Source: an uncultured Anaerolineales bacterium (GTDB lineage: Bacteria; Chloroflexota; Anaerolineae; B4-G1). Taken from it: a stretch of DNA of 64,000 bases. The DNA lies in assembly GCA_964514285.1 (NCBI GenBank), contig CAZEQC010000002.1, positions 18,165 through 82,164 on the forward strand, written 5' to 3'. Positions 9,295 through 17,879 of the stretch are shown here, piece after piece. The first letter of the stretch is position 1. The number at the start of each line of letters is the position of its first letter. The translations under genes and the position numbers were made by a program. Under the pieces are notes generated by a model. It searched no databases and was not told where the DNA came from. It worked only from the letters and a program-made list of their open reading frames with translations.

Positions 9295-9323
9295 ATTATA
9301 GACTGAGCGTAGCGCCTTGTCAA
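9295..9323 (-). promoter_or_regulatory. Consensus sigma-70-type promoter pointing toward slyD
   Basis: Minus strand TTGACA (9323-9318), 17-nt spacer, TATAAT (9300-9295). Confidence 0.65.
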
Positions 9324-9427
9324 GGCAGCATGCACCACCACGAATAAGAACCGTATACGAGATGCAATCCCCTACGATCACTATCGGAGCGGCTCTTGAG
9401 ACGGACACCTTGTTTCGGGCTCATCGG

Positions 9428-9455
9428 TTGCCAGTGGCAGTGGGCGTGCTATACT
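9428..9455 (+). promoter_or_regulatory. Promoter for the 9502 membrane-protein gene
   Basis: TTGCCA, 16-nt spacer, TATACT. About 45 nt upstream of the start codon. Confidence 0.5.
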
Positions 9456-9501
9456 TCCTCTCCAAGAGGGCCGGATCGATAACCAGCGAGGAGGCAGAGC
9501 C

Positions 9502-10185
9502 TTGGTGCAGGGAGACAAACTTCGGGAAGTAACAGAGGAATTCCGTACCGTCGTCGCCGGACGGAGCAACGCCATCGACGCTGTGCTGCCTCCGCTGGCA
9601 TTTCTGATCCTGAATGCCCTCCTGGGCTTCACAGTCGCAACCTGGGGCTCGTTGGCAGCGGCCGGGGCGCTGGGCGCACTGCGTCTTATCCGCGGGCAAC
9701 CGGTGGGGTACGCCCTCGGCGGCCTGGCCGCGACGAGCTTTGCCATTCTGGCCGCGCTGCTCAGCAACCAAGCCGAGGGATACTTCCTGCCCAACTTGAT
9801 CACCGGCGGTCTGACCGCCTTGATCTGTCTGATAAGCGTGATAGCGGGCCGTCCTCTCGTGGCCCTGACCAGCCATCTGGCTCGGGGCTGGCCGTTAGCG
9901 TGGTATTGGCAGCCCCAGGTACGCCCAGCCTACAGCGAGGTGACGTTGGTCTGGACGGTCTTCTTCGCCCTTCGCCTAGCGCTCCAATGGTTCCTCTTTC
10001 GAGAGGCAGAGACAGCTGTTCTCGGTGTGCTCAGCGTCATCCTGGGGTGGCCAGCGACAATTGTCCTGTTGGTGATCAGTTATCTGTACGGCACGTGGCG
10101 ATTGCAGAATCTAGGCGGACCAAGCGTTGAGGAGTTCGAGGAGGGCGCCGAACCGCCGTGGCAAGGGCAGCAACGAGGGTTCTAG
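9502..10185 (+). CDS. Polytopic membrane protein (DUF3159-like; family call uncertain)
   Basis: 227 aa with about 6 hydrophobic helices. GAGGAGG RBS 6 nt before the TTG/GTG start. Confidence 0.55.
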   Translation: MVQGDKLREVTEEFRTVVAGRSNAIDAVLPPLAFLILNALLGFTVATWGSLAAAGALGALRLIRGQPVGYALGGLAATSFAILAALLSNQAEGYFLPNLITGGLTALICLISVIAGRPLVALTSHLARGWPLAWYWQPQVRPAYSEVTLVWTVFFALRLALQWFLFREAETAVLGVLSVILGWPATIVLLVISYLYGTWRLQNLGGPSVEEFEEGAEPPWQGQQRGF

Positions 10186-10264
10186 ACTCGACTGAGACAG
10201 ATTGGACCGCGTTTGATACAGTCATCCGGCACAGCACGCTCACTTCGCAGTCAAGGAGCATTCT

Positions 10265-11170
10265 ATGGGAGAAATCGCCGCATTGGCGACGTCACTTTGT
10301 TGGTCACTCAACTCGATTCAGTTCACGTTCGCAGGTCGACGGGTCGGATCGCGCGTCGTCAACCGTGTTCGACTGGCCTTGGCCATCATCTTCCTCTCGT
10401 TGGCCCACCTGCTGCTCTATGGCAAGCTCTGGCCAATCCAGGCCGAGCTCTACCGCTGGGGATGGCTGGGGCTGTCTGGGACCATCGGCCTGATATTGGG
10501 AGATGGATCGCTGTTTCACGCCTTCCTGCTTATTGGACCGCGAAAATCGATGGTTCTAATGACGCTTGTTCCGGTCATCAGCACTGTGGCGGCCTGGGTA
10601 CTGCTCGGTGAGATCCTGCTGCCGATTGAGATTGTAGCCATCCTGATCACCGTAGGGGGCATTGCGTGGGTCGTCCTGGAAAAGGAGCCGGAGCAACCAG
10701 TGGACGAGCAAGTGGCAGAAGAGAACACCCGAAACCGTATTCTGGGCGTGCTGCTCGGTATGGGCGGAGCCACAGGGCAGGCCTTGGGATTGGTGGCGGC
10801 CAAGCGGGGTCTCGCGGGCGATTTCCCGGCGCTTTCCGCCACGATGATTCGGATGATCGTGGCCGCGGTGGTGATCTGGCTGCTGGCCTTGATTCGCGGT
10901 CAGGTCGGACCGACTTGGCAGGCATTGAAGGATAAGCGGGCACGTCTCTGGATCGTTGGCGGCGCCTTCATCGGTCCCTTCATCGGCGTCTGGCTATCGC
11001 TGATCGCTGTGAGGACCGCCCCGGTGGGCATCGCCTCCACGCTGATGGCGCTGAGCCCCATTGTATTGATCCCCTTCGACCACTGGCTCTTTGGCGAGAC
11101 GATCACTCCCCGATCGATCGCGGGCACAGTTGTAGCTCTGGGCGGCGCCGCCATCATCTTTCTCACTTAA
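10265..11170 (+). CDS. EamA/DMT-family transporter
   Basis: 301 aa, 10-TM pattern in two EamA-like halves. Confidence 0.85.
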   Translation: MGEIAALATSLCWSLNSIQFTFAGRRVGSRVVNRVRLALAIIFLSLAHLLLYGKLWPIQAELYRWGWLGLSGTIGLILGDGSLFHAFLLIGPRKSMVLMTLVPVISTVAAWVLLGEILLPIEIVAILITVGGIAWVVLEKEPEQPVDEQVAEENTRNRILGVLLGMGGATGQALGLVAAKRGLAGDFPALSATMIRMIVAAVVIWLLALIRGQVGPTWQALKDKRARLWIVGGAFIGPFIGVWLSLIAVRTAPVGIASTLMALSPIVLIPFDHWLFGETITPRSIAGTVVALGGAAIIFLT

Positions 11171-11201
11171 GAGCGCCCTCTCTCACAGATAAGGAGTTCA
11201 T

Positions 11202-12341
11202 ATGACGGAGTTCTATCCCTTTGCACTTGAGCGCATCATGTCTGATTGGGAGCAAGTCGTCGACTACAACCTGTCGGAGAGCGGTGCGCACCCTGCCGCG
11301 CTTCACGAGCTACTGGGCGATAGCCTGACGGTCGACGATCTGCTGGCGATCGAGCTGAACTACCCGCAAGTCGAGGGCACTCTCGAGCTACGAGAGCGCA
11401 TTGCAGCCCTCTATCCCGAAGCCAGCCCGGATAACGTGCTGGTTACCGTCGGTTGCGCCGAGGCCAACTTCATCACGGTCCAGACCATCCTGGAGCCAGG
11501 CGACGAGATGGTGGTCATGATGCCCAACTACTTGCAGATCTGGGGTATGGGCCACAACTATGGCTACGGCGTCAGAACCTTCCACCTGCGGGAGGAAGAG
11601 GGGTGGGCACCAGACCTGGATGAGCTGGCGGACACAGTCTCCGAGGCGACCAAACTGATTGCCGTCTGCAATCCCAACAACCCAACCGGGGCCATTATGA
11701 CCGAGGACGAGATGGACGGCGTCGTAGCTGCGGCCGACCGCGTCGGGGCCTGGCTTCTGGCCGACGAGGTGTACAGCGGAGCAGAGCGGCTGACAGACGA
11801 GCAGACTCCCTCTTTCTGGGGGCGATACGACAAGGTGGTGGCGATGAATAGCCTGAGCAAGGCGTACGGCCTGCCGGGACTGCGGGTGGGCTGGGTAGTG
11901 GCGCCGAGGGGCACTCGAAATGCCATTTGGAGACGCCACGAGTACACAACCATAAGCACCACGATGCTGTCGAACAAGCTGGCGACAGCCGCGTTGTCGC
12001 CGACGATCCGACCGCGGCTCATTCAGCGGGTGCGCGACTACATCCGTCGAGGCTTCGACATCCTCCAAGAGTGGCTGCACCAGCATGAAGAGACCTTTAG
12101 CCTGGTGCCTCCACAGGCGGCCGCCATCGCTTTCCCTCGTTATGAGCTGGACGTCAACTCCAGCGAGCTCACCGAGCGATTGATCCACGAGAAGAGCGTC
12201 CTGGTTGGGGCAGGCGATCACTTTGGCGTCGATCAACACCTCCGGATCAGCTTTGGCCTGCCAGCCGACTACCTCCACGCGGCACTGGACCGTATCCACG
12301 AGCTAATCGTTGAGTTACAGGACAGCGAAGCTTCCCGTTGA
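11202..12341 (+). CDS. PLP-dependent aminotransferase, class I/II
   Basis: NPNNPTG motif and SLSKAYGLPGLRVGW (Lys of the PLP site). Confidence 0.85.
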   Translation: MTEFYPFALERIMSDWEQVVDYNLSESGAHPAALHELLGDSLTVDDLLAIELNYPQVEGTLELRERIAALYPEASPDNVLVTVGCAEANFITVQTILEPGDEMVVMMPNYLQIWGMGHNYGYGVRTFHLREEEGWAPDLDELADTVSEATKLIAVCNPNNPTGAIMTEDEMDGVVAAADRVGAWLLADEVYSGAERLTDEQTPSFWGRYDKVVAMNSLSKAYGLPGLRVGWVVAPRGTRNAIWRRHEYTTISTTMLSNKLATAALSPTIRPRLIQRVRDYIRRGFDILQEWLHQHEETFSLVPPQAAAIAFPRYELDVNSSELTERLIHEKSVLVGAGDHFGVDQHLRISFGLPADYLHAALDRIHELIVELQDSEASR

Positions 12342-12441
12342 GGTTGGGAGAAAATGACGATGAAAGGTGATCGAACACTGGAATCGAGGATCCTGGAAAT
12401 CGCCTCCATCATCGCCTGAGCTGACTGACGAGGAGAAGCTG

Positions 12442-13455
12442 ATGCACGACCCGTATGTCACGATGCGCGACATCTACAAGGCACGACAAAGGATCGCGGA
12501 CATCGCCCTGCGGACACCCTTGGTCGATGCTCCTGAGCTGACTGAAAGAGTCGGCACGTCTGTCTACTTGAAGCTGGAGAACGTGCAGCGCACCGGGGCC
12601 TTCAAGATCCGGGGGGCGGCCAACACATTGCAGAGCCTACCGCGCGAGGACCGAGAGCGAGGGGTGATCACCGTCTCCAGCGGAAACCACGGCCGCGCCG
12701 TCGCTTATGTAGCCCGGGAGTTGGGAGTCCGGGCAGTGGTCTGTATGTCAACACGCGTCCCCACCAACAAGGTGGATGGCATTCAGCGGCTGGGCGCGGA
12801 GGTGGTGCTCTATGGGAAGAGCTATGACGAGGCCGAGCGACGAGCTCTTCGTTTGCAGCAAGAGCAAGGCCTGACGATGATCCCTCCTTTTGATGACCCG
12901 CAGATCATCGCCGGGCAGGGCACGATCGGCCTGGAGCTTCTGGAGGATATGCCTGAACTGGACACCGTCGTCGTGCCTCTCTCCGGAGGTGGCTTGCTGT
13001 CGGGCATTGCGGTCGCTTTGAAGTCAGCCGACGCCTCGATTCACACCGTTGGGGTTTCAATGAAGCGCGCACCGGTGATGTATCACAGTCTAAGGGCCGG
13101 GCGTCCCATCGAGATGAAGGAAGAACCGACCCTGGCCGACGCATTGGCCGGGGGAATCGGGCTGCATAACGACCATACGTTCCGTATGATTCAGGCGTAC
13201 GTCGACGAAACCCTGCTGGTCACAGAAGAGGAGATCGCCGAGGCCATGACCTTCGCCCTGGAGCACCATCACCTGGTGGTGGAGGGTGGAGGCGCTGTGG
13301 CACTGGCGGCGCTGCTCTATGGGAAGGTAACGGAGATCGGGCGGAACGTGGTAGTCGTGATCAGCGGAGGCAACGTGGAGATTCCGCGGCTTCTGGAGAT
13401 CGCTCAGCGCCGCGTCGATATCGAGTCTACAAGCGAGGGAGGGAGATGGCCTTAG
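12442..13455 (+). CDS. Threonine/serine dehydratase (PLP-dependent, beta family)
   Basis: GAFKIRGA and SSGNHG motifs. ATG 12442 is preceded by GAGGAG; the tracked 12367 start adds 25 non-conserved residues. Confidence 0.8.
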   Translation: MHDPYVTMRDIYKARQRIADIALRTPLVDAPELTERVGTSVYLKLENVQRTGAFKIRGAANTLQSLPREDRERGVITVSSGNHGRAVAYVARELGVRAVVCMSTRVPTNKVDGIQRLGAEVVLYGKSYDEAERRALRLQQEQGLTMIPPFDDPQIIAGQGTIGLELLEDMPELDTVVVPLSGGGLLSGIAVALKSADASIHTVGVSMKRAPVMYHSLRAGRPIEMKEEPTLADALAGGIGLHNDHTFRMIQAYVDETLLVTEEEIAEAMTFALEHHHLVVEGGGAVALAALLYGKVTEIGRNVVVVISGGNVEIPRLLEIAQRRVDIESTSEGGRWP

Positions 13456-13603
13456 CCACCACCGAGAAACCGGAACGAACAGCGACCGAGGCCTTGCTGA
13501 TCATCGGCGGAGGTGACGCGGGCATCAGCGCTGCGCTTCAGCCAGGAACGTCGATCCTGCGGCCCGGGTCAGCGTCCTCCTCGCCGACCGCTTCCCTAAC
13601 TAC
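13446..13603 (+). pseudogene. N-terminal stub of an FAD-dependent pyridine nucleotide-disulfide oxidoreductase (NADH oxidase/CoA-disulfide reductase type), frameshifted and truncated
   Basis: LLIIGGGDAGISAAL in one frame. After a 1-nt shift near 13539 the sequence continues ARNVDPAARVSVLLADRFPNY, then similarity ends. The tracked 103-aa ORF runs into the convergent gene. Confidence 0.5.
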
Positions 13604-13677
13604 AGGGCGAATCAGCAGGCGTGGAAAAGGGAGCGGGCGGCGCTCTCTGCGTCAATTGTGCTATGGAGACGAACATC

Positions 13678-14583
13678 CTAAGCGAATGCACTCAGCTGTC
13701 GTGGTGGCGCCATCAGTGAGCGCTCCGCGCTTCCCCACTCCGAGCGAAGCCACTTGACCAGGGCGATCTCACCGTTCTGAATCTCCAAGCCGGTGATATA
13801 TCCGTCGAAGACGCCGCTGCCCGCGTTGAAATAGGGCAAGCCACCAACCAGGGGGGCCTTGGGGGTGTGGGTATGGCCGCAGATCACCATCTTCTTATGC
13901 ATCTCTATCCACTCGGAGACTCGCTGGCGCAGTGTCCCTCGATTGCGCGATTCCTCGATGGTCGATGCCACGTCTGTGAACCCGAGGTTCTGAATGTGGC
14001 GCCAGACGTGACGGATGACGAACCGGGAGATCCGATAGAGACCATCGCTCTTGAAATCGACCTGGTGGCCATGGACGACGAAGACCTCCTGGTCAGTCCG
14101 GGCATGGCGCAAGATCAACCCTTCGTGAGCAGGCAGACCGTCTTTATTCATCCTATGACGCTGGAAGCCTTGAATGTCGTGATTACCGAAAATAAGATGG
14201 AGACGATGCTCCGCAGCGAAGGCATGCAACATGTCGAAGGTACGTCGGTGTGCGCGCTTGACGACGTCGAGGCGTCGGTTCTGCCACAGCTCATCGCCGT
14301 CGCCGACCTCCACATAGGTGAACCCTCTGCGATAGTAATGGCGTAGTGCCTGGATGAAAAGATCCTCGTTTTGAGCGAAGGCGTCAGCGCGCGATCTATC
14401 TCCACGATGGAGATCGCTGAAAAAAACCAACCGCGAGTGATCATCGAAGAGAATGCTCTTGGCAGCCTGAAAGGCCTGAGTCATTCGTCGGTAGGCACGT
14501 GTACGCATCGTATTCCGGAGCGCGACAAGCTTCTCCAGCGGGAAAGCGTCCAATGGTATGCTCTCAACGAGCGAAGTCATCAC
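13678..14583 (-). CDS. Metallophosphoesterase (calcineurin-like)
   Basis: FFSDLHRGD, GDGDELW, GNHD and GHTH motifs. Confidence 0.85.
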   Translation of the reverse strand: MMTSLVESIPLDAFPLEKLVALRNTMRTRAYRRMTQAFQAAKSILFDDHSRLVFFSDLHRGDRSRADAFAQNEDLFIQALRHYYRRGFTYVEVGDGDELWQNRRLDVVKRAHRRTFDMLHAFAAEHRLHLIFGNHDIQGFQRHRMNKDGLPAHEGLILRHARTDQEVFVVHGHQVDFKSDGLYRISRFVIRHVWRHIQNLGFTDVASTIEESRNRGTLRQRVSEWIEMHKKMVICGHTHTPKAPLVGGLPYFNAGSGVFDGYITGLEIQNGEIALVKWLRSEWGSAERSLMAPPRQLSAFA

Positions 14584-14609
14584 GTCTTACAATCCTTCCT
14601 ATGGCGAGC

Positions 14610-15056
14610 CTACGACTGAGCGTTTGACGTCCCTCTCCCCCCAGTCTCCAGGGAGCTGGGCTCGTTCTGCAACCCATCGATCAGATGTGCGACCGCAAGG
14701 AGGGGGTGCCGAAAAAGCATGCGAGGGCCCGCGTATCTCATCACCGCCTGGATCCTATCTCGCATATCCGGTCGGTAACAGTGAATGGAGCACTCAGCGC
14801 AGGTGGGCTTGCTGGCCTGGAAAGGACACTTCGCCAGTCGATCCAAAGCATAGGTCAGGAGCTCCTCACATTCCTCGCAGAGCTCGCCCTGAGTCCCGTG
14901 CCTTCCCCGGCAGGCGATGCGCACCATGGTCTCGACAGTTCTCTTCTCCCTCGACAGACGCGGCTGCTCTTGGCTCATCATCTTGATCCCTGCTGGCCTG
15001 ACGATCTCGGAGGGCTGCAAGGGCCTTTGACTCATCAACACGGCATCGCCAGGCAC
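14610..15056 (-). CDS. Nitrous-oxide-stimulated promoter family protein (YgbA-like), Cys-rich
   Basis: CRGRHG..LCEECEELLTYA..RL.KCPF...KPTCAECSIHCY pattern. Start codon uncertain (several in-frame Met). Confidence 0.7.
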   Translation of the reverse strand: MPGDAVLMSQRPLQPSEIVRPAGIKMMSQEQPRLSREKRTVETMVRIACRGRHGTQGELCEECEELLTYALDRLAKCPFQASKPTCAECSIHCYRPDMRDRIQAVMRYAGPRMLFRHPLLAVAHLIDGLQNEPSSLETGGRGTSNAQS

Positions 15057-15148
15057 AAAAACAACGCCGATGACTCGGCGTTCGGCTGGGATTGTACCAG
15101 GTTATCGGTGCCGATGCAACGTGACCGTCGGGCTATCGCTCACGCAAC

Positions 15149-15177
15149 TTGTCGACTTGGGCCCCATAGGATACACT
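15149..15177 (+). promoter_or_regulatory. Candidate promoter for the class-V aminotransferase gene, implying a ~255-nt leader
   Basis: TTGTCG, 17-nt spacer, TACACT. Confidence 0.4.
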
Positions 15178-15440
15178 ATGAAGGGGTCAGCAGACTGGGG
15201 CCTTACATCCCCACTCCTCGCTGCTCTGGGCAAAAGGCGAAAGGAATCACCACGCCGAGAACAAGGGGGGCTGCGGCTTGTCTGATGGATGGTTGCCCCC
15301 ACCATTCAGACTCACCTGGTACCGGCTCAACGGGCGGGTCAAGGCTATGGAAAGAGAACGTGGTTAGGACTCGGGCGTCGAGGCGCAAGAAGGCAGAGCG
15401 CTCAAGGGCATCACTCAATCAGATCGAGGGGACTCAAACG

Positions 15441-16622
15441 ATGAAGAATCGTCAACTTCTTATGATCCCAGGACCCATCGAGTTCACACCGGAGGTACTC
15501 CAGGCGATGGGCATGTCCACCCCGAGCCACGTGGACCCCGACTTCATCGAGGTCTTCGGGACGGCGCTGGAGCGGCTGCGAGATGTCTTTCTGGCTCCCG
15601 ACGCGCAGCCTTTTGTGGTCGCCGGATCGGGCACGCTGGCGATGGATATGGCCGCCGCAAACCTGATCGAACCTGGAGACGCAGCGTTGGTGGTGAACAC
15701 GGGCGTCTTCGGCGACCGCTTTGGCGAGATCCTACAGCGCTACGGCGCTGAGGTCACCCACGTCCGCCCACCCGTCATCGGCGATGCGCCTCCACTGGAC
15801 GAGGTAGAAAGCGCGCTGAAGGACCGTGCGACGAGCTCGGGACAGGATTACAAACTGATGACCATCACCCAAGTTGATACCTCGACTGCGGTCGCTGCCG
15901 ATGTGGAAGCGCTGGCGGCCCTGGGCCGCGAGTATGGCGTCTTGGTTGTGGTCGATGGGGTCTGTTCGGTAGCTGGAGAAGCGCTGCGCCAGGATGCCTG
16001 GGGCAGCGACCTGACGCTCACCGCCTCGCAGAAAGCGATAGGTGTGCCACCAGGGCTCGCTTTGGTGGTAGCCGGTGAAAGGGCGATGGAGGCCTTTCGA
16101 AAACGCAAGTCACCGGTGGTGAACTACTACGCTGATTGGACAAAGTGGCTGCCCATCATGGAGGCCTACGAAGCTCGTCGGCCCAGCTACTTTGGGACCC
16201 CTCCCGTCAACCTGATTTGCGCTCTCAACGTCAGTCTGGGGCAGATCCTCGACGAGGGGATGGAAGCCCGTTTTGAGCGCCATCGACGGATCAGCAAAGC
16301 ATTCAAGGCAGCCATCGCAGCCCTGGGCCTGACACAAGTCCCGGTGAGCGCCGAAGTGGCAGCGAACACCCTGACGGCGCCCTATTTTCCCGATGGGATG
16401 GATCGCTCGGCGCTGAGCTACATCCAGGAGGCCGGCGCCGTCGTGGCCGGGGGGCTTCATCCAGCGATCAAGGCCCGGTACTTCCGCATCGGCCATATGG
16501 GGGCGGTCGACGGTTCGGACGTCTTGGCCACCGTTGGCGCTTTAGAGAGGGGGTTGGCGCAAGCAGGTCACGACGTCGACCCCGGAGCAGGCTTGGCCGC
16601 CGCTCAGCGGATCCTGAGCTAA
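15441..16622 (+). CDS. Class-V aminotransferase (serine/alanine-glyoxylate aminotransferase type)
   Basis: MKNRQLLMIPGPIEFTPEVL N-terminus, SQKAIG PLP-Lys motif. The first 252 aa of the tracked ORF (14685-15440) are antisense to ygbA and are rejected. Confidence 0.85.
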   Translation: MKNRQLLMIPGPIEFTPEVLQAMGMSTPSHVDPDFIEVFGTALERLRDVFLAPDAQPFVVAGSGTLAMDMAAANLIEPGDAALVVNTGVFGDRFGEILQRYGAEVTHVRPPVIGDAPPLDEVESALKDRATSSGQDYKLMTITQVDTSTAVAADVEALAALGREYGVLVVVDGVCSVAGEALRQDAWGSDLTLTASQKAIGVPPGLALVVAGERAMEAFRKRKSPVVNYYADWTKWLPIMEAYEARRPSYFGTPPVNLICALNVSLGQILDEGMEARFERHRRISKAFKAAIAALGLTQVPVSAEVAANTLTAPYFPDGMDRSALSYIQEAGAVVAGGLHPAIKARYFRIGHMGAVDGSDVLATVGALERGLAQAGHDVDPGAGLAAAQRILS

Positions 16623-16637
16623 GATGAGGGAGATGGC

Positions 16638-17813
16638 GTGGCATTCAACTTCAAGGGCCTAGCCCGGTTTATCTACAAGCAGCTCTTCAGGAGCAAAAGC
16701 ACCCCTTACCGCTTGACGCCAAAGCGGATTGGCCTATTGTTGCTGGTCTTCCCCATCTACGTCACAGTCGAGCTGATCACCTGGACAGGTCTCATGATGG
16801 ACGAGATCCTGTTTCGAGGGTATCGCGAGACGGTGATCGAAGAGCCGATCTACATCGTGGGCAACCCACGCAGCGGCACGACTTTCCTGCAGCGCCTTCT
16901 GGCCAGAGATCAGGAGACCTTCATCTCGATGCGCACGTGGGAAATGCTCCTTGCCCCATCGATCACGATGCGGAAGATCTTGTGGGCCCTGTCTGCCTTG
17001 GATTCTCGCCTGGGTCGTCCGTTGGCCCGGTTCTTGGGCATGCTGGAGGAGGGCTGGCAGGAGGATAACGTCGTCCACAGGATCGCGCTACGGGCCCCGG
17101 AGGAGGACGAATATTTGCTGATCCACATCTTCTCCACTCTGAAGATATGGTTATACGTCGCCATGCTAGACGAGGCCGAACCATATACCTATTTCGACGA
17201 CCAGATGCCAGAGGGAGAGAAGGAGCGCATTATGGGGTTCTACCAACGCTGCTTGCAACGACACCTCTATGCCCACGACGGAAGCGGAGCGATGGGACCG
17301 ATCGGCAGACGGTATTTGGCCAAGAACCCGCATTTCTCACCAATGATCGATACGCTCTATAGTCACTTCCCAAGGGTCAAGGTTATCTATCTGGCACGCA
17401 ATCCTTTGGATATGATCCCCTCCTACATCAGCCTCAAAGAGAACGAATGGCAGCTGCTGGGCGACCCGAAGGAGGCGTACGCCAGCCGCACCTACATCCT
17501 GGACATGGCTCATCACTGGTACAACTATCCCCTGCAGCGCCTTGATCGGGCTCCCCAGAATAGCGCCATTGTGGTAAACTTCAATGATCTGGTGAGTGAC
17601 GCAAGGGGCGTGGTGACAGAGATTTATGAACGTTTCGGACTTGAGCTGAGCCCAGCGTTCGACGAGATCCTGCGTCAAGCCACCGAGAGGGCGCGCAACC
17701 ACGAAAGCGATCACGAGTACTCGCTGCAAGAGATGGGGCTGACCCAGGAGCGGCTCGTGAACGACTACAAGCAAGTCTTTGAGCGTTTTGATTTCGAGAC
17801 CCGAGGGATGTGA
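16638..17813 (+). CDS. Sulfotransferase-family protein
   Basis: 5'-PSB loop GNPRSGTTFLQRLL and 3'-PB-like YLARNPLDMIPS. Confidence 0.78.
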   Translation: MAFNFKGLARFIYKQLFRSKSTPYRLTPKRIGLLLLVFPIYVTVELITWTGLMMDEILFRGYRETVIEEPIYIVGNPRSGTTFLQRLLARDQETFISMRTWEMLLAPSITMRKILWALSALDSRLGRPLARFLGMLEEGWQEDNVVHRIALRAPEEDEYLLIHIFSTLKIWLYVAMLDEAEPYTYFDDQMPEGEKERIMGFYQRCLQRHLYAHDGSGAMGPIGRRYLAKNPHFSPMIDTLYSHFPRVKVIYLARNPLDMIPSYISLKENEWQLLGDPKEAYASRTYILDMAHHWYNYPLQRLDRAPQNSAIVVNFNDLVSDARGVVTEIYERFGLELSPAFDEILRQATERARNHESDHEYSLQEMGLTQERLVNDYKQVFERFDFETRGM

Positions 17814-17879
17814 CAAGAGAGGGAATGCCAAACGATCACCCCCAGCTCGTCCGTTCAACTGAGGAGCTCAGAGGAGATT

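Noticed and set aside
15180-15237. Calling a bona fide glycine riboswitch.
   Set aside because: Only the 3' half of one aptamer core is loosely matched, the GGAGAG/P2 elements are missing, and the best promoter would truncate it. I keep it as a low-confidence lead, not a feature.
14685-15440. The N-terminal 252 codons of the tracked 645-aa ORF.
   Set aside because: This part is antisense to the YgbA-like gene and then crosses the intergenic region. Aminotransferase similarity starts at Met 15441.
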